This document shows positions 31,605-46,211 of a stretch of DNA of 64,000 nucleotides, piece after piece. A model generated the notes under the pieces. That model worked only from the letters and a program-made list of their open reading frames with translations, was not told where the DNA came from and ran no database searches. Every line of letters starts with the position of its first letter. Position 1 is the stretch's first letter. This stretch comes from an uncultured Candidatus Competibacteraceae bacterium (lineage in GTDB: Bacteria > Pseudomonadota > Gammaproteobacteria > Competibacterales > JAHEDQ01). Made by a program: the position numbers and the translations under genes. Where the stretch lies: assembly GCA_964563515.1 (NCBI GenBank), contig CAZLYT010000716.1, positions 29,451 through 93,450 of the forward strand. The letters are read 5' to 3'.

Positions 31605-32950
31605 GCGCCGCCGCCCTAGGGGCGGTGACGGCCGTGCTCGCGCGCCACGCCCCGATACGACGGGTCCTGGTGGGCTTCAGCGGCGGCCCCGACTCCACCG
31701 GTCTGCTTGCCCTGCTGGCGGATCACCGCGCCAATCTGGATTTCGCATTGGAGGCAGTGCATGTCAACCACGCGCTGCATCCTTCAGCGATCGATTGGGA
31801 GCATCACTGCCGTCACACCTGCGACCGCCTGGCGGTTCCGCTTCGGGTGCTGCGGGTCCAGGTCTCGAGACGTGGAGAGGGCTTGGAAGCCGCCGCTCGG
31901 CGCGCACGCTATCACGCTATTGCCAAGCTGCTGACCAGGGACGATGTGGTGGTTACCGGCCATACCCGCGATGACCAGGCAGAGACCGTGCTGCTGCAGT
32001 TGCTGCGGGGCAGCGGCCCCCGAGGTCTCGCCGCCATGCCCGAATGCCGGCCACTCGGGGCGGGCAGGCTGCTGCGACCGCTACTGTCGGTTCCCCGTAC
32101 CGCGATTTGCGAGTTGGTGCAGGCGTGCGGCCTCGAGGTCGTGCAGGACCCCAGCAACCAAGATCCCGCCTTGGCCCGAGCCTGGGTGAGATGGCAACTG
32201 CTGCCGCTGCTGCGGACACGGTGGCCGGCCTCGATAGCCACATTAGCGCGCAGCGCTCGGCTTTGCCGTGAGTCGATGGAGCTGCTCGATCTGTTGGGAC
32301 GAGAGGATTTGGAGGCATGTCGCCAGGGCGAAACCTTGTCGGTGGAGGCACTGGTTGCACTGCCCCAGGCCCGGGCGCGGTTGCTGTTGCGGACCTGGAT
32401 CAGCTGCCGCGGCGCCTTGGTGCCGTCTGAGGATCACGTCGAACGCATGCTGTGGGAAGTGGCTCGCGCCCGCTGCGATGCCCGACCGGTGGTGGCTTGG
32501 ACCCAGTGGGAGGTGCGCCGGCACCAGGGCTACCTGCATCTGCTGCGAGCCTTGCCCGCGCCCCCACCCCGGGATTTCAGCATTGAGCTGCATCCGGGGG
32601 AGTGGGTTGCGTTGCCGGACGGGGCGGTGGTGCGCCTGCGACCAGCTGGAGCAGACGAGCCACTGGCGCTAGCGCTCGACGTTCTCAGCCAGGGCGCGGC
32701 CCAGGTGACGCTGCGACGGCAAGGAGACCGGCTGCAACCCGACCGGTTGCGACCCCGGCGCCGACTCAAGGAGCTGTTGCGCGAGCTTGGGGTGCCTCCC
32801 TGGTGGCGCGATCGCATGCCCATCTTGCGTGTCGAGGGCAGACCGGTGGCGCTGCCGGGGCTGTTGGTGGAGGCTGCGTTTCGGCCCGCGGCGGGCGCAG
32901 ATGCGCTGGTGTTCGAATGGCAATGCCCGGGACCATCTGATAACCTCTAG
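31601..32950 (+). CDS. tilS: tRNA(Ile)-lysidine synthase
   Basis: PP-loop [14 protein letters not shown] overlap with accA. 449 aa. Confidence 0.9.
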   Translation: MSAAALGAVTAVLARHAPIRRVLVGFSGGPDSTGLLALLADHRANLDFALEAVHVNHALHPSAIDWEHHCRHTCDRLAVPLRVLRVQVSRRGEGLEAAARRARYHAIAKLLTRDDVVVTGHTRDDQAETVLLQLLRGSGPRGLAAMPECRPLGAGRLLRPLLSVPRTAICELVQACGLEVVQDPSNQDPALARAWVRWQLLPLLRTRWPASIATLARSARLCRESMELLDLLGREDLEACRQGETLSVEALVALPQARARLLLRTWISCRGALVPSEDHVERMLWEVARARCDARPVVAWTQWEVRRHQGYLHLLRALPAPPPRDFSIELHPGEWVALPDGAVVRLRPAGADEPLALALDVLSQGAAQVTLRRQGDRLQPDRLRPRRRLKELLRELGVPPWWRDRMPILRVEGRPVALPGLLVEAAFRPAAGADALVFEWQCPGPSDNL

Positions 32951-36899
<3,949 letters not shown>

Positions 36900-36912
36900 G
36901 CGGAGCCAGCGC

Positions 36913-37218
36913 GTGCAGCTGCTCAGCATCGGCCTGCTGTTGCTGCTGCTGTTACTGCAGGTGCCACTGTGGATCGGCGAGGGTAGCTTCCGCGACGTTC
37001 GCTTGCTCGAGGCCCGGGTCGAACAGCAACGGCTGGAAAACGCGGAGCTCAACGCGCGCAACGAGGCCTTGGAAGCGGAAGTGCGCGACTTGAAGCGGGG
37101 CGGCGACGCCTTGGAGGAACGGGCGCGAGCGGAGCTCGGCCTGGTCGGCTCGGGCGAAACCTTCTTCCAGCTGCTGCCTGGCGCCAACACCAGGACCTTC
37201 AACGCGCCCGATGACTGA
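36913..37218 (+). CDS. ftsB: Cell division protein FtsB
   Basis: 101 aa with an N-terminal TM helix, a leucine-zipper-like coiled coil and ARAELGLV. Conserved eno-ftsB-ispD order. GTG start. Confidence 0.88.
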   Translation: MQLLSIGLLLLLLLLQVPLWIGEGSFRDVRLLEARVEQQRLENAELNARNEALEAEVRDLKRGGDALEERARAELGLVGSGETFFQLLPGANTRTFNAPDD

Positions 37219-37942
37219 ACCTGGCAGCAAACCGTCGCTGTGGGCGGTCCTGCCAGCAGCAGGTTTGGGCCGGCGCTTCGGGGCTGCAACGCCCAAGCAG
37301 CACCTTCCGCTGGCGGGTCGTAGCGCTTTGGAGCGCAGCCTGTCCTTGTTGCTCGCCGAGCCCAGGGTGCGGGGCGCGGTGGTTGCTTTGTCGGCGGATG
37401 ATCCCTGGAGGGCTCCCTCGGCGTGCCGCCAAGGCAAATGCGTCCGGCATTGTGCCGGTGGGCCGGAACGTGCCCAGTCGGTGCTCAACGCCCTGAGTCG
37501 GCTCAAGGAGCACGACTGCTGCGATGACGATTGGGTGTTGGTGCATGATGCCGCCAGGCCTTTGCTGCGGCCTGGAGATCTCGAGCGACTCATCGATCTG
37601 GCATTGGCCGACCCCATCGGCGCTTTGCTGGCGGTGCCAGTGCGGGACACCCTGAAGCGCGCTGACACTGACGGCCGTTGTCAGGCGACGGTCGACCGCA
37701 CCGCTCTATGGCACGCCCAGACACCACAGATGTTCCATCTCGGCCCGCTGCACAATGCTATCGCCACGGCGATCGAGGCTGGCGCACCGGTTACCGACGA
37801 AGCAGGTGCCATGGAGCGAGCCGGCTACCGCCCCCTGCTGGTTGAAGGCCACGGCGACAACATCAAGATCACCTCCCGGGATGACGCGCTACTTGCCGAG
37901 CAACTGCTGTCGGGCGTTGAGGAGCGTCAGCCTTGCGCATAG
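37211..37942 (+). CDS. ispD: 2-C-methyl-D-erythritol 4-phosphate cytidylyltransferase
   Basis: [11 protein letters not shown] and VLVHDAARP motifs. 243 aa. Confidence 0.93.
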   Translation: MTEPGSKPSLWAVLPAAGLGRRFGAATPKQHLPLAGRSALERSLSLLLAEPRVRGAVVALSADDPWRAPSACRQGKCVRHCAGGPERAQSVLNALSRLKEHDCCDDDWVLVHDAARPLLRPGDLERLIDLALADPIGALLAVPVRDTLKRADTDGRCQATVDRTALWHAQTPQMFHLGPLHNAIATAIEAGAPVTDEAGAMERAGYRPLLVEGHGDNIKITSRDDALLAEQLLSGVEERQPCA

Positions 37943-38418
37943 GGCACGGCTACGACGTCCACGCTTTCGGCTCCGGCGACCACGTGATGCTGGGCGGAGT
38001 GCGGATCCCATTCCACCTGGGACTAATCGCACACTCGGACGGCGACGTGGTGCTGCATGCGGTTTGTGACGCGCTCCTGGGTGGCGCTGGATTGGGAGAT
38101 CTCGGCCGCCATTTCCCCGACACGGACCCCAGCCTCAAAGGCATCGACAGCCGCGACTTGCTGGGTCGGGTGATGGTCACTCTGCGCACCCGCGGGCTTC
38201 GGGTCGGCAACGTGGATGTTACGGTCATTGCCCAGGCTCCCAGGCTGGCAGGCTTCGTTCCGCAGGTGATCGCCAATCTGGCCTCGGATCTGGATCTCGC
38301 TCGCGACTGCGTAAACGTGAAGGCGACCACCACCGAACGCCTGGGGTGGCTGGGGCGTGGCGAGGGGATCGCTGCCCATGCGGTAGCCTTGTTGCTGGCT
38401 GGGGGCGAACCTCGCTAG
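37933..38418 (+). CDS. ispF: 2-C-methyl-D-erythritol 2,4-cyclodiphosphate synthase
   Basis: [12 protein letters not shown] and HSDGDV motifs. 161 aa, overlapping ispD by 10 nt. Confidence 0.95.
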   Translation: MRIGHGYDVHAFGSGDHVMLGGVRIPFHLGLIAHSDGDVVLHAVCDALLGGAGLGDLGRHFPDTDPSLKGIDSRDLLGRVMVTLRTRGLRVGNVDVTVIAQAPRLAGFVPQVIANLASDLDLARDCVNVKATTTERLGWLGRGEGIAAHAVALLLAGGEPR

Positions 38419-38482
38419 GAGGGCCTGCAATGCTTGAACACACGGCGATCGGGCGGCTCCTGCGAACTATCGCTGAGGCCCC

Positions 38483-39556
38483 ATGAAACTGGAGCTCGGC
38501 GCCAACTCCCTCAATCTGGCGACACTTTGGGCTGACCGCCCACAAGCGGCGAGTCCGCCGGCCCGTGCTCAGTTGCGGATCGAGCTCGAGGATTTCCAGG
38601 TCATCGAATTGCCTGCCTTCGAGCCCTCTGGCGACGGAGAGCACTTGTTGGCGCGCGTGCGAAAGCGGGGAGCCAACACCGAGTGGATCGCAACACAGCT
38701 TGCCCGCTGGGCCCAGGTACCGCGCTCGGCGGTTGGTTATGCCGGCCGCAAGGATCGTCACGCCTTGGCCGAGCAGTGGTTCTCCATCCACCTGCCAGGC
38801 AAGGCCGATCCCGAAACCTCCTCACTCCAGCTTCCGGAATTGGAGTTGCTGGAGCTGGTACGCCACGATCGGAAGCTGCGCCGAGGTGCGCTGCGGGGCA
38901 ATCAGTTTCAGATCATCCTGCGCCAGGTAATGGGCAATCGGGAACAGGTGGACGAGGCGCTGGCAGCGCTGTCGGCGACGGGATTTCCCAACTACTTCGG
39001 TGATCAGCGATTTGGTGCGGGCGGCGCCAACCTGTCCCCCTGGATGGACCGTGATGGGGCCCTGAGCCGTTCCCGCAACCAGCGTGGAATCCAGCTCTCG
39101 GCGGCGCGCAGCCTGCTGTTCAACCGAGTGCTTGCAAGCCGGGTAGGCGATGGCAGTTGGAACCAAGCCCTGGAAGGGGAAGTGCTGGCCCTCGACGGCA
39201 CCCAGCGCTGGTTTCGCTGCGAGGGCGAGCCCGATTCAGACCTGAGCCGAAGAGTGGCGCAGCAGGACCTGCATCCCACAGGGCCGCTGTGGGGTCGCGG
39301 CGAGCCCCCCACTGCCGGTACCGTGCGCAGGATCGAGAGTGCTGCACTGGACGGCCTCGCGGTGCTGCGGGCAAGCCTGGAGAATTGCGGCATGAAGCAG
39401 GAGCGCCGTGCCCTGCGAGCGCGCGTCAAGAATCTGTTCTGGCGTTGGCACGACCCGAGGACGCTGCAGATTGGCTTCGACCTGCCACGGGGTTGCTTCG
39501 CCACCAGTCTGCTGGAAGCGGTGTTCCAGCCCACTAGCGCGGTGGCCGACACCTGA
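38483..39556 (+). CDS. truD: tRNA pseudouridine(13) synthase TruD
   Basis: EDFQVIELPAFEPSGDGEHLLARVRKRGANT and YAGRKDRHALAEQWFS resemble the TruD N-terminal catalytic region. Conserved ispF-truD-surE neighbourhood. Confidence 0.9.
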   Translation: MKLELGANSLNLATLWADRPQAASPPARAQLRIELEDFQVIELPAFEPSGDGEHLLARVRKRGANTEWIATQLARWAQVPRSAVGYAGRKDRHALAEQWFSIHLPGKADPETSSLQLPELELLELVRHDRKLRRGALRGNQFQIILRQVMGNREQVDEALAALSATGFPNYFGDQRFGAGGANLSPWMDRDGALSRSRNQRGIQLSAARSLLFNRVLASRVGDGSWNQALEGEVLALDGTQRWFRCEGEPDSDLSRRVAQQDLHPTGPLWGRGEPPTAGTVRRIESAALDGLAVLRASLENCGMKQERRALRARVKNLFWRWHDPRTLQIGFDLPRGCFATSLLEAVFQPTSAVADT

Positions 39557-40100
39557 GCAGCACGTAAACTGCGCCCGTGCCGCCGTCGGCGGGTCTTGCG
39601 GAGCAGTAGGCGAGCACGTCATTGCGTTGCCGCAGCCAGCGCGCCACGCCGCGCTTCAGTACCGGTCCTCGATTATCCGATCGCAGCCCCTTGCCATGGA
39701 TCACTCGCACGCATGCGTCCTGAGACCAGATGCAATCGTCGAGAAAATTGTGCAGGGCCACACGGGCTGCCGCGGCAGTATGCCCATGCAGGTCGATTTG
39801 GGCGCGCACGGCGAACTTGCCCCGCCGCAGCTTGCGCAGCAGCTCCGGCCGCAGTCCTTCGCGCAGGTACACCAGCTCCTCACCGGTCTCCAAGTCATCG
39901 AGCTGCAGGGGAGCGCTGGCCAGTTCCTCCAGCACGGCCTGATCATCTCGCAGGCGGGAACGTGGAATCGGTGCCGGGCAGCGGCGGTGCGGTTCCACCC
40001 GGTCGTGGCGCAGCTCACGCAAGGGACCCACGGCGCGGCGGAAGGCCTCTGCCAGGTCGGGATCGGCCTCGAAAGCGTGTTTGAGCCGCTGCCGTTTCAT
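39534..40100 (-). CDS. smr: Smr-domain protein (Smr/MutS2 C-terminal nuclease family)
   Basis: C-terminal Smr domain IDLHGHTAAAARVALHNFL...VRVIHGKGLRS. Internal ATG (complement of 40098-40100) chosen, giving 188 aa. The 3' end overlaps the truD 3' end by 23 nt. Confidence 0.82.
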   Translation of the reverse strand: MKRQRLKHAFEADPDLAEAFRRAVGPLRELRHDRVEPHRRCPAPIPRSRLRDDQAVLEELASAPLQLDDLETGEELVYLREGLRPELLRKLRRGKFAVRAQIDLHGHTAAAARVALHNFLDDCIWSQDACVRVIHGKGLRSDNRGPVLKRGVARWLRQRNDVLAYCSARPADGGTGAVYVLLRCRPPR

Positions 40101-40327
40101 TGCCTTGACCTTTCGAAACTGTCCAGGAAATGGAGTGCTTGTGGACGCCAGTGTTCCCGACCATTGCGGCGCAGGCAAGGCTCGTCCCGATTGCCAGCAC
40201 CCTTGGCACCGGTTAGCATCCTGCGCGGTGCCGAGACCTCGCCCCAGCAACGCATTGGCGAGGGTGACGCCGCCCGCAGGCTCGCTTTGAACTCCGTGGC
40301 TACCACTCGAGCACGCTTCTGAGACGA

Positions 40328-41074
40328 ATGCGCATCCTGGTCAGTAACGACGATGGCTATCGCGCGCCCGGCATCGTCGCGTTGGCGACCGCCCTGGCGG
40401 AGATTGCCGAAGTCACAGTGGTGGCGCCGGATCGGAACCGCAGTGGTGCCAGTAACGCCTTGACCCTGGACCGTCCGCTGCGAGCGGAGCGCAACACCGA
40501 TGGCTTCTACCAGGTCGACGGCACACCCACGGATTGCGTTCATCTCGGCATCACGGGGTTGCTGGAGGAAGAGCCCGACATGGTGGTTTCCGGGGTCAAC
40601 AGCGGCCCCAATCTGGGCGACGACGTGCTCTATTCGGGCACTGTGGCAGCAGCCATGGAAGGGCGATTCCTGGGGCTCCCGGCGATCGCGGTATCGCTGG
40701 CGGCGTGGCCGCAGAGTCACTTCGAGACCGGCGCCAGGGTGGCCGTGATGCTGGTCGAGCGGCTACGCCGACATCCGCTTCCAGCCGACACCATCCTCAA
40801 CGTCAATGTTCCTGACTTGCCCTGGGACGAGCTGGCAGGTTTCCGGGCCACGCGGCTCGGACATCGGCATCGATCCAAGCCGGTGATACGCCAGACTGAC
40901 CCCCGGGGCCGGCCGGTGTATTGGGTCGGCATGGTGGGGGGCGAACAAGATGCCGGTCCTGGCACCGATTTCCACGCCATTCGTGAAGGCTGCGTGTCGG
41001 TGACGCCACTGAAGGTCGATCTCACCCGACACGACGCAGTCGAGGTGGTCGACCAGTGGCTGCTGGCACGATGA
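40328..41074 (+). CDS. surE: 5'/3'-nucleotidase SurE
   Basis: [17 protein letters not shown]-terminus. 248 aa. Confidence 0.95.
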   Translation: MRILVSNDDGYRAPGIVALATALAEIAEVTVVAPDRNRSGASNALTLDRPLRAERNTDGFYQVDGTPTDCVHLGITGLLEEEPDMVVSGVNSGPNLGDDVLYSGTVAAAMEGRFLGLPAIAVSLAAWPQSHFETGARVAVMLVERLRRHPLPADTILNVNVPDLPWDELAGFRATRLGHRHRSKPVIRQTDPRGRPVYWVGMVGGEQDAGPGTDFHAIREGCVSVTPLKVDLTRHDAVEVVDQWLLAR

Positions 41075-41730
41075 GGCTGCGTCAATCAGGCATTGGGATG
41101 ACCTCCCAGCGTACTCGGGAACGGTTGGTTCGACGCTTGCAGGAGACCGGCGTGCGCAACACCGCGGTGTTGGACGTGATGCGGTGGTTGCCCCGGCATC
41201 TGTTCGTGGATGAGGCGCTGGCGAGCCGTGCCTATGAGGACACGGCACTGCCGATCGGGCTGGGTCAGACCATCTCGCAGCCGCAGGTGGTGGCCCTCAT
41301 GACGGCGGATCTGGTCCAGGGCGGCCACCCACGTCGGGTGTTGGAGGTGGGCACCGGATCCGGCTATCAATGTGCGGTGCTGGCGCTCTTGTCGGGCTAC
41401 GTGTACTCCTTGGAGCGCCTCCGGCCGCTGCTGGAGCGGGCCCGATCACGGTTGCGGGAGCTCGAGCTTCACAATGTCCAGCTCCGCCACGGGGACGGCG
41501 GTCGGGGGTGGCCGGAGCGCGCGCCGTTCGATGGGATCATCGTTACCGCCGCTCCGGAGAGTGTCCCCGCCTCGCTGTGCGATCAGCTTGCGATCGGGGC
41601 CAGGCTGGTAGTGCCAGTGGGCCCTCGGGGCAGCCAGGAACTGCTGTGCATCGAGCGCAGCGCCACCAAGTTTATCGAGACCAGGCGCGGTTGGGTCAGC
41701 TTCGTCCCGCTGCGATCTGGCATGGAGTAG
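41071..41730 (+). CDS. pcm: Protein-L-isoaspartate O-methyltransferase
   Basis: SAM motif [11 protein letters not shown] and QTISQP. ATGA overlap with the surE stop. An alternative ATG is at 41098. Confidence 0.93.
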   Translation: MRLRQSGIGMTSQRTRERLVRRLQETGVRNTAVLDVMRWLPRHLFVDEALASRAYEDTALPIGLGQTISQPQVVALMTADLVQGGHPRRVLEVGTGSGYQCAVLALLSGYVYSLERLRPLLERARSRLRELELHNVQLRHGDGGRGWPERAPFDGIIVTAAPESVPASLCDQLAIGARLVVPVGPRGSQELLCIERSATKFIETRRGWVSFVPLRSGME

Positions 41731-41734
41731 TCGA

Positions 41735-42316
41735 TTGTTTGCTCGCCTGTACGATCTGGTAATGAACTGGGCCCGACACCGCCACGCCCCGCGCTACCTG
41801 GCCGGGCTCAGCTTCGCCGAGTCGTCCTTCTTTCCCATCCCGCCAGACGTCATGCTGGCGCCGATGGTGCTGGGCAAGCCCGGCAGCGCCTGGTCCTACG
41901 CCCTCCTCACAACAATCGCTTCGGTACTGGGCGGTGCGTTCGGCTATATGATCGGCTGGTATGTGTTCGAGGCGGTCGAGCCCTTGCTGCATCGTTTCGG
42001 GTACTGGGACGACTTCCAGCTCGCCAGCGACTGGTTCGACCGCTGGGGATTCTGGGTCATCTTGCTGGCCGGATTCACTCCGATTCCGTACAAGGTCTTC
42101 ACCATCACCGCGGGCACCGTTCATATGCCTTTGCTACCCTTCCTGCTCGGCTCCATGGTCGGCCGCGGCGGGCGATTCTTCCTGGTCGCGGGCCTCCTTC
42201 GGTTGGGCGGTGAAACCCTGGAAGGACGACTGCGAGCCAATGTCGATCGGATAGGTTGGGTGACCCTCGTGGTGGCCATCGTGGGGTACGGCTTTTATCG
42301 TCTCGGAGGGCAATGA
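41735..42316 (+). CDS. YqaA/DedA-like (SNARE-associated domain) inner-membrane protein
   Basis: 193 aa, multi-TM, with ESSFFPIPPDVMLAPMVL motif. TTG start 4 nt after the pcm stop. Confidence 0.8.
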   Translation: MFARLYDLVMNWARHRHAPRYLAGLSFAESSFFPIPPDVMLAPMVLGKPGSAWSYALLTTIASVLGGAFGYMIGWYVFEAVEPLLHRFGYWDDFQLASDWFDRWGFWVILLAGFTPIPYKVFTITAGTVHMPLLPFLLGSMVGRGGRFFLVAGLLRLGGETLEGRLRANVDRIGWVTLVVAIVGYGFYRLGGQ

Positions 42317-43260
42317 ACCACTGGGATAGGTCAAAACGAGCGTCGATACGAGCCATCCTGATGGCAGGCTGCGCGATTGCATTCACCGTCGCCGGCATGG
42401 GTTGTGGTGGCGGATCTGCACTTGCGCCGGTGGAAGACGGCGCCGCCCGGGCGCTGAGGGAGCCCTCGGGGGAGGTCGGCCCTGGCGACACCTTGTATGC
42501 CTTCGCCTGGCGCTACGGCTTCGACTATCGGGAAGTCGCCGCCTGGAACAACTTGCAGCCGCCCTACAGGCTGCGACCAGGACAGCGGTTGCGGCTGATG
42601 CCGCAGTCGGCTCCCACGGCGGTGGCGGGGTTGGCGCCGGTAGCGGAAATTCAAGTGCGGGCGGCGGCTGCGGCCAAAGCCGTCGAGGTGCGCAAGATGC
42701 AGCCGGCGGCAACCCCTTCCAGGCCGCCATCGATTGCCAATGACTCCGCCGTCCCTCAAAGCGATGCTCCGGCCCCCTCTCGCAGCACGGTCCCACCGCC
42801 GCCAACACCGCAGACCAGTTCTGCCCAGGAAGCTTCCTCGCTTGCTGCAACGTCGGTCGTAGCCTGGACTCCTCCCAAGACCGCTCCGGCCTCTTGGCGC
42901 TGGCCCGTCGAGGGCGCCAGGGTAGTAGGAAGCTATGACGCGTCGCGCCCGGGCGGCAGAGGGCTGAACCTGGAAGCCCAGCCGGGAAGCAGGGTACGGG
43001 CAGCGGCCGGTGGGCGGGTCGTCTATGAGGGAAGTGGACTTCCCGGTTACGGACGGCTTATCATTCTCAAACATACGGACTCGCTACTTAGTGCCTACGG
43101 GCATCTGGGCGGTTTCCACGTCAAGGAAGGTGACGTCGTGGAGCCGGGTCAGGTGCTCGCTGACCTCTCCACTGGAGGCAGCAGCAACGCCCCCGTCCTG
43201 CGATTCGAGATCCGCGAGGACGGTCAACCCAAGAATCCGCTGGCTTACTTGCCTGGCTAG
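42313..43260 (+). CDS. nlpD: LysM + M23 peptidase-domain lipoprotein NlpD
   Basis: Lipoprotein signal (ILMAGC or VAGMGC), LysM domain (GDTLYAFAWRYGFDYREVAAWNNL), a P/A/S-rich linker and a C-terminal M23/LytM domain. ATGA overlap with the upstream stop. Immediately upstream of rpoS. Confidence 0.9.
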   Translation: MNHWDRSKRASIRAILMAGCAIAFTVAGMGCGGGSALAPVEDGAARALREPSGEVGPGDTLYAFAWRYGFDYREVAAWNNLQPPYRLRPGQRLRLMPQSAPTAVAGLAPVAEIQVRAAAAAKAVEVRKMQPAATPSRPPSIANDSAVPQSDAPAPSRSTVPPPPTPQTSSAQEASSLAATSVVAWTPPKTAPASWRWPVEGARVVGSYDASRPGGRGLNLEAQPGSRVRAAAGGRVVYEGSGLPGYGRLIILKHTDSLLSAYGHLGGFHVKEGDVVEPGQVLADLSTGGSSNAPVLRFEIREDGQPKNPLAYLPG

Positions 43261-43359
43261 GGTGGCGGGTAGCTGTGTCCATGCGCCTCAGAACTGGACG
43301 CGGCACGAGACGCTCGCCACCTGACGCGGTGTGGTGAGACACCGACATAGGAGGGTGGG

Positions 43360-44367
43360 ATGACGCGCAACCGGGAGGAGGGTGACTTTCTCGATCCTGG
43401 AGAGGAAGTCAACGTGCTCGAAGTGGAGGCCGCCTGGACGCAGCAGCCCGGCCCAGCGGCCGAGACCACCGGATTGGACGCAACTGGGGGCGAGTCGCAG
43501 GCGCAGCAGGGTTCAGCCCGTGACGCCACCGAGGTGGAGCTCGACGCCACCCGCCTTTACCTGGGTGAGATCGGCTACTCCCCGCTGCTAACCCCCGAAG
43601 AAGAGGTCTACTACGCCCGTCTGGCGCAACGCGGCGATGATGCCGGCCGCCGTCGCATGATCGAAAGCAACCTGCGCCTGGTTGTCAAGATCGCGCGGCG
43701 CTATATGAATCGCGGTCTCGCGCTTTTGGATTTGATCGAAGAGGGCAACCTCGGCCTGATCCACGCCGTCGAGAAATTCGATCCTGAACGGGGCTTTCGC
43801 TTCTCCACCTACGCCACATGGTGGATTCGCCAGACCATCGAGCGGGCGATCATGAATCAAACCCGCACCATCCGCCTTCCAATTCACGTCATCAAAGAAA
43901 TCAACGTCTATCTACGGGCCGCCCGCAAGCTGGCCCAGACGCTGGATCACGAGCCTAGTGCTGAGGAAATCGCCCGGCTGATGGAGCAGCCGGTGGATGA
44001 GGTCAAGCGCCTGCTCGGCCTCAACGAGCGGGTGGCGTCGGTGGATACCCCCATCGGTAAGGACGAAGACCGCTCCCTGCTGGACGCCATCCCCGATGAC
44101 AACCACCCGGACCCAGCGGTGCTGCTCCAGGACGAGGACATGAATGTCAAGCTCGAGGAGTGGCTGTCCAGGCTCAGCGACAAGCAACGCGTCGTCGTCG
44201 AGCGGCGGTTTGGGCTCAACGGCTGCGAGCGGGCAACGCTAGAGCAGGTTGGCAACGAGATCGGGGTGACTCGGGAGCGGGTACGCCAGATTCAGATCGA
44301 TGCCCTGAAGCGCCTTCGCAAAATTTTGGAAAGCGAGGGGTTTTCCGGAGAGGTCCTATTCGACTGA
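43360..44367 (+). CDS. rpoS: RNA polymerase sigma factor RpoS (sigma-38)
   Basis: 335 aa with sigma70-family regions [22 protein letters not shown] and RERVRQIQ. Conserved nlpD-rpoS synteny. AGGAGGG upstream. Confidence 0.93.
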   Translation: MTRNREEGDFLDPGEEVNVLEVEAAWTQQPGPAAETTGLDATGGESQAQQGSARDATEVELDATRLYLGEIGYSPLLTPEEEVYYARLAQRGDDAGRRRMIESNLRLVVKIARRYMNRGLALLDLIEEGNLGLIHAVEKFDPERGFRFSTYATWWIRQTIERAIMNQTRTIRLPIHVIKEINVYLRAARKLAQTLDHEPSAEEIARLMEQPVDEVKRLLGLNERVASVDTPIGKDEDRSLLDAIPDDNHPDPAVLLQDEDMNVKLEEWLSRLSDKQRVVVERRFGLNGCERATLEQVGNEIGVTRERVRQIQIDALKRLRKILESEGFSGEVLFD

Positions 44368-44409
44368 GGGAGTTATCGGGCGCGAGCGTGGCAATAGATC
44401 GGAGCTTCG

Positions 44410-44793
44410 CTAGCTTATGTGCTCCAACATCAAGATGGCTGCCACCACCCTGCGATCTTCCCCACGGAGGATGTTATAGGTGCGGCAGGCGGCGTCCGTG
44501 GTCATTACCTCGAGGCCGATCTGTCGGCGGTATAGCGGTGCCACCACGGCGGTTGCCGGAAACCGTTGCCGGCTTCCCACGCCGAGCACTATCAGCTCGG
44601 GATCCAGCTCCACGGCTTGTTCCAGATGCTCCGCGCCGAGTTGCTCCAGGGTCTGCGGTGGCCAATCCCTAACCAGTGCATCGGCGCTGAGCAGGAAGCT
44701 GCCCCGTAGCACCTGGTCGTCCACTCGCACCTCGCCCGCAGTGTAGCTGCGAATGACGTGCTGCCCGCCGAGCGTGTCGAGGCTGAACTTCAC
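44410..44793 (-). CDS. Mth938/DUF498-domain protein (NDUFAF3-like fold family)
   Basis: VKFSLDTLGGQHVIRSYTAGEVRVDD...LIVLGVGSRQRFP...GLEVMTTDAACRTYNIL is the typical pattern of this family. GTG start at 44793 with GGGAG 7 nt upstream. The ORF-track start at 44835 is an alternative. Confidence 0.75.
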   Translation of the reverse strand: MKFSLDTLGGQHVIRSYTAGEVRVDDQVLRGSFLLSADALVRDWPPQTLEQLGAEHLEQAVELDPELIVLGVGSRQRFPATAVVAPLYRRQIGLEVMTTDAACRTYNILRGEDRRVVAAILMLEHIS

Positions 44794-44907
44794 ACCAGCT
44801 CCCGGATTTGAGCCAGACACTAAGGAAGCCCGCAAAGGTTCGGGCGACCGTGCAAAGCAATCAAGTCATCCCCGAGTATAGCGCTTCGGCCGGCCGGGAC
44901 CGACGCG

Positions 44908-44936
44908 TTGACACCTCGATAAGGCCCGATTAAGTT
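44908..44936 (+). promoter_or_regulatory. Candidate sigma70 promoter for the aminotransferase-hom unit
   Basis: TTGACA (44908-44913), a 17-nt spacer, then TAAGTT (44931-44936). It lies 45 nt upstream of GTG 44981. Confidence 0.4.
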
Positions 44937-44980
44937 GCGCGCTACCTCGCAACCGGGCCTTGCGCCCTTGAAGTGCCGCC

Positions 44981-46171
44981 GTGTACGAAAGTTTTCCGCG
45001 CATCTCGCGCCTGCCGCCCTACGTCTTCAACATCGTCAATGATCTCAAGGCGTCGGCGCGCGCGCGCGGCGAGGACATCGTCGACTTCGGCATGGGCAAC
45101 CCGGACCGACCAACGCCTCGGCACATCGTCGATAAGCTGGTGGAGGTCGCCCAACGCCCGGACACCCATCGCTACTCGGTGTCCCGGGGGATTCCCCGCT
45201 TGCGCCGTGCCATCTGCAATTGGTATCGCCGACGCTACCAGGTGGATCTCGATCCGGACAGTGAGGCGATCGTCACCATCGGCTCCAAGGAAGGCCTCGC
45301 GCACCTGGCGTTGGCGACCATGGAGCGCGGCGACGCGGTACTGGTACCCAACCCCGCTTACCCGATACACCCTTACGGCTTCGTGATTGCTGGCGCCGAT
45401 ATTCGTCACGTACCCCTGGTGGGCGAGTCCGGGGATTTCTTTGCCGAGCTGGAGCAAGCCATCCGCAACTCCTGGCCGCGGCCGAAGATGCTGGTGCTGA
45501 ACTTCCCGGCCAACCCGACCGCGCGCTGCGTCGAGCTCGGGTTTTTCGATCAGGTGGTGGCGATCGCCCGGGAGCATCAGATCTGGGTGGTTCACGACCT
45601 GGCCTATGCTGATATCGTTTTCGATGGCTACCGGGCGCCCTCCATCATGCAGGTGCCGGGGGCCACCGCGATCGCAGTCGAGTCTTTTTCACTCTCCAAG
45701 AGCTACAACATGCCCGGCTGGCGGGTCGGCTTCATGGTGGGCAACCAGACCCTGATAGCCGCCCTGGCGCGCATGAAGTCGTACCTGGACTACGGCATGT
45801 TTACGCCCATACAGGTAGCAGCCATCGCCGCCCTCGATGGCCCTCAAGACTGTGTCGAGGAGATTCGCGAAGTCTACCGCCGACGTCGCGACGTGCTCTG
45901 CGATGGCCTCGCGGCAGCTGGCTGGGCGGTAGAAAAACCCAAAGCCACTATGTTCGTTTGGGCCAAGATTCCCGAACAATACGCCGACCTGGGCTCGCTG
46001 GAGTTCTCCAAGCGACTGTTGATCGACGCGAAAGTAGCGGCCTCGCCCGGCATCGGTTTTGGGGAGTACGGTGACGACCACGTCCGTTTCGGTCTGATCG
46101 AGAATGAGCACCGTACCCGCCAGGCGGTTCGCGGCATTCGCCAGATGCTTCGGCGCGGCGTGGCCGCATGA
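44981..46171 (+). CDS. PLP-dependent aminotransferase, class I/II (AlaC/YfdZ-like alanine transaminase)
   Basis: 396 aa, [13 protein letters not shown]..., [14 protein letters not shown], and [14 protein letters not shown] (PLP-lysine motif). Confidence 0.88.
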   Translation: MYESFPRISRLPPYVFNIVNDLKASARARGEDIVDFGMGNPDRPTPRHIVDKLVEVAQRPDTHRYSVSRGIPRLRRAICNWYRRRYQVDLDPDSEAIVTIGSKEGLAHLALATMERGDAVLVPNPAYPIHPYGFVIAGADIRHVPLVGESGDFFAELEQAIRNSWPRPKMLVLNFPANPTARCVELGFFDQVVAIAREHQIWVVHDLAYADIVFDGYRAPSIMQVPGATAIAVESFSLSKSYNMPGWRVGFMVGNQTLIAALARMKSYLDYGMFTPIQVAAIAALDGPQDCVEEIREVYRRRRDVLCDGLAAAGWAVEKPKATMFVWAKIPEQYADLGSLEFSKRLLIDAKVAASPGIGFGEYGDDHVRFGLIENEHRTRQAVRGIRQMLRRGVAA

Positions 46172-46211
46172 GGCCGCCAGTGCCTCGGCAATCGGTTCAG
46201 GAGAACGCCAG

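Noticed and set aside
40204-40217. Sigma-54-like motif TGGCAC-N-GCA upstream of surE
   Set aside because: GG and GC are separated by 9 nt instead of the canonical 10, and the -12 element reads AGCAT rather than TTGCA/T. There is no enhancer-binding-protein context.
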